Shown here one piece after another: positions 58,902 to 64,000 of a DNA stretch of 64,000 nucleotides; position 1 is the first letter of the stretch, and each line of letters starts with the position of its first letter. The notes beneath the pieces are model-generated. The model saw only the letters and a program-made list of their open reading frames with translations, was not told where the DNA came from and did not search any database. Both the position numbers and the translations under genes were made by a program. The stretch comes from a virus (Duplodnaviria; Heunggongvirae; Uroviricota; Caudoviricetes), in IMG/VR virus record IMGVR_UViG_3300033463_000001, positions 83,298 through 147,297 of that record, one strand, 5' to 3'.

Positions 58902-60035
58902 ATGATTTCAGAAGAAGTACAAGCTTTATTTCAACAGACGCTATCTACGCTAGGAGCGCCTATCCGCAAGATACAACTAACGGAAGAGCAGATGTGTGAT
59001 TTGCTCAAGAATGCTATTGGCCTTTACTCAAAAGCTGTAAACAGTTGGGTTGTTAAGTCTCAATGGATGAATCTTTACGGAAAAGACCTCACAGCGAACG
59101 ATATCACATATCTTCTGACGGCAAGAACGTTGGATATGGCTGATGATTATGCATTCTGGTTCTCTAAAGAGATTGGATTGCAGCAACGTGGTAAGGGTTA
59201 TTGGGAGCTCAAAAAAGACTTCTTCAAGGTAGAAGCTGGTAAACAGAACTATGTCATTCCTGCAGGCCGTGAAATCAACCGTCTTATGTACGTAACGCCT
59301 ACAACGTCTAATGTTGCCCTAATGGGTAACTTAGGTGGCCTTGATGGTGGTTTTGCATATGGTCTCGGACAGTTTGGTAACATGGGTATGGGAATGGGTT
59401 TAACCGGTTTCTATATCGGTAGCATGGCTGATTCAGTTATGATGTCCATGGACTTGAAGATGAAAAACCAAATGCTGCGCGGTGACTTGTGTTACAAAAT
59501 AACGGCAGGACCCGACGGAACACATATTGTTCACCTATTAAGTACCCCTGGCAGTCACAAGACATTCGGAGGAATATCGCTAGACGATAGGTACGGATGG
59601 GGTAAACTTATTGATTCGTATGTGTGGTATTCATACTATGATGTAAATGCTGATAACGTTGATGAGTGCCGTCGCCTCAATAAGAACATTATAATTAGTC
59701 CAGACCAGGTTCCGCTGGAGCAAATGAAGTTTGAACTGCTAAATGACCCGGCAAAGCAAACAGTCAGACAGTTATTCCTAGCAGAGTGTATGCGTACTTT
59801 GGCATTTGTAAGGGGTACGTATAGCGGTAAAGTTTCCATCATGGAGGCAGAAGCTAACATGGACTATAACATGTTCATGAATAGCGCGGAGAAGGAGCGT
59901 GATAATGCATTGGAAGAACTCAAAACATGGCTTGAAGATATGTCTCCGGATGTCATTATGCGCAAACAGGCCGAGATGACAGAGAATATGATTAAAATAC
60001 AAACAGCGAAACCAATGGGTTTCTATTTGAAGTAA
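58902..60035 (+). CDS. Neck/head-tail adaptor protein (gp13-like)
   Basis: LGAPIRKIQLTEEQM, GKQNYVIP, VRGTYSG, KPMGFY. Confidence 0.7.
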   Translation: MISEEVQALFQQTLSTLGAPIRKIQLTEEQMCDLLKNAIGLYSKAVNSWVVKSQWMNLYGKDLTANDITYLLTARTLDMADDYAFWFSKEIGLQQRGKGYWELKKDFFKVEAGKQNYVIPAGREINRLMYVTPTTSNVALMGNLGGLDGGFAYGLGQFGNMGMGMGLTGFYIGSMADSVMMSMDLKMKNQMLRGDLCYKITAGPDGTHIVHLLSTPGSHKTFGGISLDDRYGWGKLIDSYVWYSYYDVNADNVDECRRLNKNIIISPDQVPLEQMKFELLNDPAKQTVRQLFLAECMRTLAFVRGTYSGKVSIMEAEANMDYNMFMNSAEKERDNALEELKTWLEDMSPDVIMRKQAEMTENMIKIQTAKPMGFYLK

Positions 60036-60036
60036 T

Positions 60037-60420
60037 ATGCAGACATTCCATATCAATCAAAATAGCACACTACCTTACCTCATCGTCGCACTCATCGATG
60101 ATGGCCGGTATGATTTTGGGCGCTTTAACGAATGCATCCAAGACGCGACAATTACCTTCGACATGTCACGATTGGATAACGGTAATGTGCGAGTAGCAAA
60201 GGCCACTTGTGAAATACGACGTATAAGCGATAAAACCTGCAACGAGAACTACTGCATCGTTTACAAGTGGAAAGAGCGCGATACGCGAGAGAAAGGTGCA
60301 TACATTGGTGTATTCACTATTAACTTCCACGGCAATATAACAAATGGAGATGGTGTTGAGTATCCTGTCGGAAAACTCATAGCACCAATCAAGGAAAAAA
60401 TTGTAATCAACATCGACTAA
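60037..60420 (+). CDS. BppU-like Ig-fold structural protein
   Basis: FHINQNSTLP, YKWKERDT..KGAYIGVF. Confidence 0.55.
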   Translation: MQTFHINQNSTLPYLIVALIDDGRYDFGRFNECIQDATITFDMSRLDNGNVRVAKATCEIRRISDKTCNENYCIVYKWKERDTREKGAYIGVFTINFHGNITNGDGVEYPVGKLIAPIKEKIVINID

Positions 60421-60421
60421 A

Positions 60422-61138
60422 ATGGATAACGAGAAACGAAAAATCACAGCTAAGGAGCTGAATGAAATGATTGAACAACGCACAAAAGAGCTTGTTGCGG
60501 AAAATAACAAAGCACGTGCGCCAAAAAGTATTGAAGAGGCACACGTTGAGTTTATGGTAGAGAAGGCATTGCGTAAATTGTCGGTTGAACAACCTAAGAA
60601 GACCACTATCGAGGAGATTGTACGTCGTAAACTCGAAGAGAAAGCAAATGCTGAACGTACTCTCAACAGGCATGAGGATACAGGCTATGTAATCGTTAGT
60701 GCCGAGAGGAAAGATGCAACTCCGGAAGAAAACAAAGCTAACACAAACAAGTTGGCAAGTGAGATTCAATCCAACAATTTATCCTTCAAAAAGGTATATG
60801 GTGGCTACGTAAATGACTTTGGTACAGGTCAGCAGACCCAAGAGGAATCGTTTATGATTTTCCCGTTCACAACAACCGGTGCTCAGTTTGATTTTGAGTC
60901 ATTGAAACAATTCGCAATTCAACTCTGCGGTAAATATGGTCAAGAATGCGTTTTGGCAAAGATACCAGATGGTGACGTTGTATACTACAAAGCTGACGGA
61001 ACAATCGACATGAATCTTGGCAAAGACGTTAAATTCAACGATAAAGACCAGGAATATTTCACGAATTTCCACAAGTTGAGTAATCCTGATAAGGTCAAAC
61101 CTGATGGAAGGCCAACAAGGTTTACTTACGGAGGTTAA
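60422..61138 (+). CDS. Hypothetical protein (DUF3293-like C-terminal domain), putative head cargo
   Basis: KRKITAKELNEMIEQRTKELVAE; IVSAER...EENKAN..L...VYGGY...EESF...KYGQECVL. Confidence 0.55.
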   Translation: MDNEKRKITAKELNEMIEQRTKELVAENNKARAPKSIEEAHVEFMVEKALRKLSVEQPKKTTIEEIVRRKLEEKANAERTLNRHEDTGYVIVSAERKDATPEENKANTNKLASEIQSNNLSFKKVYGGYVNDFGTGQQTQEESFMIFPFTTTGAQFDFESLKQFAIQLCGKYGQECVLAKIPDGDVVYYKADGTIDMNLGKDVKFNDKDQEYFTNFHKLSNPDKVKPDGRPTRFTYGG

Positions 61139-61144
61139 ACGAAG

Positions 61145-61175
61145 GCGGTGCAGATTGCATCGCTTTTTTCTTTTT
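61145..61175 (+). terminator. Intrinsic terminator
   Basis: gcggtgca/tgcatcgc stem and T-run. Confidence 0.75.
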
Positions 61176-61366
61176 ATAAATTTTTCTTTTAGTTTAATTA
61201 TTATATCTTAATATATATTATGATATATATTTTTATTAATTTTATTATAGTTTATTCGGTCCACATGGCTACATAATACTCAGTTCAAGGACCTTTTGCG
61301 TGCATGCGCGCGAAGTAAAGAATTTAAGAAAAAACGTTAATAGACGTAACCAATATTCGCAGAATC

Positions 61367-61378
61367 GGACTATATTAG
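61367..61378 (+). promoter_or_regulatory. GGACTATATTAG promoter-like box upstream of DNA polymerase
   Basis: Fourth exact copy of the 12-mer. Confidence 0.7.
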
Positions 61379-61432
61379 CAATGAGTTTAATAATTGATGT
61401 GCCCTTGTGGTACTTAAACACAGTAACCAATA

Positions 61433-64000
61433 ATGATTAAAGAAGTTACAACTGAGGTTATAGACAAGTTTTTAAACGGTCGTGACCCAATGGAGCGTAT
61501 TGTAAATATCGAGTGCGGTTATAACGATGATACCGTCAGTATAATTTACAGAGATGAGGATGGCATCAAGCGCATAAAGAAAGAACCATTCTACCCGTTT
61601 GTTTGGTGTAAAGCAAGTATTGCACGTGAAATGTTTAGCCGTTTCGGTAGCTCATCAAAGGTAATGCTATCAAAGGAAATGGCAAGGAGGCATATTGGAT
61701 GTAAGGGACTGGAGACAAAGAACAGAAACGGGGAAACTATAGACCGAATGGAAAACGGATATCGCATTATGTTCTACGCAAAAGAACCAATGTCGTTTTC
61801 TGATTTTCAATCCTTTTTTACAGATGCCGGTACTCCCATCTATGTCAAGTACCTCACAAAGGCGATGCAAAATAAGGGATTTGACGGTAAAGAGTTCTTA
61901 TCAGTATCTCCCGTAGAACAGCACATGATGCGTACGGGGCAACGTTTATTCAAAGGATACGAAAACTACGATGACCTTGTTCGTCTTATCTTCGATATCG
62001 AGTCTCAGGGTCTTAACCCGGAGACATGTGGTATCACGCAGATGGGTGTTCGTACCAACAAGGGTTTTCAAAAACTATATTCAGTAGAAGGCGAAGGAAA
62101 AGCACGTCAAATCAGTGAGGTAGCGGTTATCAACGGATTATACGAAGCAATCGAAAGCGAAAAGCCGGATATCATCACAGGACACAATATAGAGAACTTC
62201 GATATTCCATTCCAAGATGTGCGTCTGCAAAAAGCTGGGACATCTATGAAAATAGAGTCAAGCAAGCACATGCGCGGAGGAATGTACAAAGAGAAGAAAC
62301 AGTCCGTACTGAAACTCGGTGGTGAGACAGAGTATTACTATCGAACAAGGGCTTTCGGCATTAGTATTGTTGACTCAATTCACGCTGTACGCCGCGCTCG
62401 TGCCACTGACAGTAACATGAAAAGCGTAAACTTGAAGTATGTTACTCAGTATTCCGGTATAGCAAAACCAAACCGCGTTTACGTTCCTGGTAACAAAATT
62501 CAAGCTACTTGGGATGATGTAGATAATCAGTACGCATTCAACGATACTGATGGAGATTGGTATATCTATGACCCTACGCGTGAAATAGGCGAAGTTCACC
62601 TCGACAAAGATATTCACTATTTCGAGGGTGTATTAGCTGCCGATAAACAGGTAGCTACAAAAACAGATTTCATTAACTATCTAGTTGGCCTTACTTTCTT
62701 TGAAAACAAAGAAGGTTTGTCCGGTGATGTCTTGTTTAAAACGTATTCATCTCTATACGATGACGCAAAGCGAAGTGCTGACGCGGAAATGCGCGCTAAA
62801 ATCAAGCAAGCGTACGAAACATTTAAGACAGAATGGAATAACTCACACAATCAATATCCAGAAGGAACGACTGCTGAGTCTCTATTGAATGAATACAAGC
62901 TAGAAGCGCTCGAACAGCAAGGATTGTTCCGTAAAGGCTTAGAAGGCGACAAATTCCGCATTCGCCACTATGGCTTTGTAGCTCCTGGCTACGAACTTGT
63001 TACCGGAAGGTATATTGTTCAAAGATATTTGATGGATGACTTATGGGAAACTGATAAAATCGAATGCCGCTATAACGAGTGTAACTTCTTGCTTTCAAAG
63101 TTCCTTCCTACGCAGTTCAGTCGCGTATGTACAATGGGAACTGCAGGACTATGGAAACTGATTATGATGGCATGGTCATATGAGAACGACCTTGCAATCC
63201 CGGCATTCGGTATTAAGACACGTTACACAGGTGGTCTTTCTCGGCTGTTACGTGTCGGCCGTGTTACAGACTGTTGGAAAGAAGACTATAACTCTCTATA
63301 TCCATCGGAAATCATCACAAACAATATCAAGACAGTGCTGGATATCAGTGATGGTATGATTCTCATGCTTGAGCATATGCTTAGCGAGCGTGAGAAATAC
63401 AAAAACCTCAAGAATGCAGCCGGTGCGATTGTTGACTCAATGGAGGAAGAGATTAAGAGTGTTAATGATAAGGAGAAGCTTGCAGTCATGAAGGCCGAGA
63501 TACTCAAACAGAAGGGTATCAAAAACAAAAACGACAAAAAGCAGTTACCTATTAAGATATTCTGTAACAGTTTCTTCGGTGCATATGGTAACCCGGCTCT
63601 ATATCCATGGGGCGATATTGATTGTGCAGAAGAGACAACATGCCGTGGTCGACAACTGCTGCGACACATGATTCACTTCTTTACACAACGCGGTTACACT
63701 GCTATCGTTGGTGATACTGATGGTTTCAACCTGTCGGCACCTGCAGAGTTTAGGTACACAGAGGAACATCCGTACATTGGTCAAGGCTTGAATCGAAATG
63801 TGGAGAAAGGAAAGGCATACATAGGTCCTTATGGTGACACTGCGGAGTTCAACGACCTATACCTGCGTGGCAAACAAGGTCTTGACTGTGAGGAAAATAT
63901 TCCAATCAGCTGTAATATCTCTCGCAAGAACTACATCGACTACTTCGGAACGAAGAAGGATGGAACTGATAAGCTTAAACTAGTTGGCAACACCCTGAAG
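61433..64000 (+). CDS. Family B DNA polymerase, 3' end outside window
   Basis: Absent from ORF track because it runs off the edge. Hand translation from ATG 61433: ExoI FDIE, ExoII GHNIENFD, ExoIII YLMDD, motif A DYNSLYPS, motif B KIFCNSFFG, motif C GDTDG. Confidence 0.93.
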   Translation, partial: MIKEVTTEVIDKFLNGRDPMERIVNIECGYNDDTVSIIYRDEDGIKRIKKEPFYPFVWCKASIAREMFSRFGSSSKVMLSKEMARRHIGCKGLETKNRNGETIDRMENGYRIMFYAKEPMSFSDFQSFFTDAGTPIYVKYLTKAMQNKGFDGKEFLSVSPVEQHMMRTGQRLFKGYENYDDLVRLIFDIESQGLNPETCGITQMGVRTNKGFQKLYSVEGEGKARQISEVAVINGLYEAIESEKPDIITGHNIENFDIPFQDVRLQKAGTSMKIESSKHMRGGMYKEKKQSVLKLGGETEYYYRTRAFGISIVDSIHAVRRARATDSNMKSVNLKYVTQYSGIAKPNRVYVPGNKIQATWDDVDNQYAFNDTDGDWYIYDPTREIGEVHLDKDIHYFEGVLAADKQVATKTDFINYLVGLTFFENKEGLSGDVLFKTYSSLYDDAKRSADAEMRAKIKQAYETFKTEWNNSHNQYPEGTTAESLLNEYKLEALEQQGLFRKGLEGDKFRIRHYGFVAPGYELVTGRYIVQRYLMDDLWETDKIECRYNECNFLLSKFLPTQFSRVCTMGTAGLWKLIMMAWSYENDLAIPAFGIKTRYTGGLSRLLRVGRVTDCWKEDYNSLYPSEIITNNIKTVLDISDGMILMLEHMLSEREKYKNLKNAAGAIVDSMEEEIKSVNDKEKLAVMKAEILKQKGIKNKNDKKQLPIKIFCNSFFGAYGNPALYPWGDIDCAEETTCRGRQLLRHMIHFFTQRGYTAIVGDTDGFNLSAPAEFRYTEEHPYIGQGLNRNVEKGKAYIGPYGDTAEFNDLYLRGKQGLDCEENIPISCNISRKNYIDYFGTKKDGTDKLKLVGNTLK

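Noticed and set aside
58902-59030. KIQLTEEQMCDLLKNAI in the neck protein as another cargo tag
   Set aside because: It matches the normal N-terminal motif of gp13-like neck proteins, so it was not counted.
1-64000. Stop-codon reassignment (TAG=Gln) as in some gut jumbo phages
   Set aside because: Core genes are full-length in the standard code and TAG ends genes cleanly (9849, 21336, 24808, 53271). The two gaps in the ORF track are edge-truncated genes.
1-64000. tRNA genes
   Set aside because: No cloverleaf or T-arm signature noticed in the short intergenic gaps; tRNAscan-SE would be decisive.

Overview
64 kb of a large T4-like tailed phage (probably a jumbo myovirus), standard genetic code, most likely infecting a Bacteroidota host. 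The host inference rests on one textbook TTTG-N20-TAnnTTTG promoter and on AT-rich translation starts without Shine-Dalgarno motifs. The window holds the head module (terminase, portal, prohead protease, scaffold, major capsid protein), neck and baseplate genes, a gp55-like sigma factor, an SNF2 helicase, a DUF2075-type helicase (truncated, left edge), a family B DNA polymerase (truncated, right edge), a Clp ATPase, an amidase and two glycosyltransferase clusters. Main observations: (1) about 15 unrelated proteins share a short amphipathic 'h-x-h-T/S-x-x-E/Q-h...h-x-E' peptide, also found in the scaffold, and sit behind one late-type promoter, suggesting a capsid-cargo targeting and proteolytic release system; (2) a coherent galactofuranose make-and-transfer cassette (GT2+DUF4422, glf, epimerase, GT-like gene) lies between portal and prohead protease, suggesting virion glycosylation; (3) three promoter classes are readable directly from the DNA (GTATTTATWG x18, GGACTATATTAG x4, host-type x1); (4) GATC appears strongly avoided. 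No tRNA, rRNA or CRISPR array was seen. All family calls are from motif recognition by eye, not database searches. Some start codons were moved from the ORF track to fit the promoter motifs.
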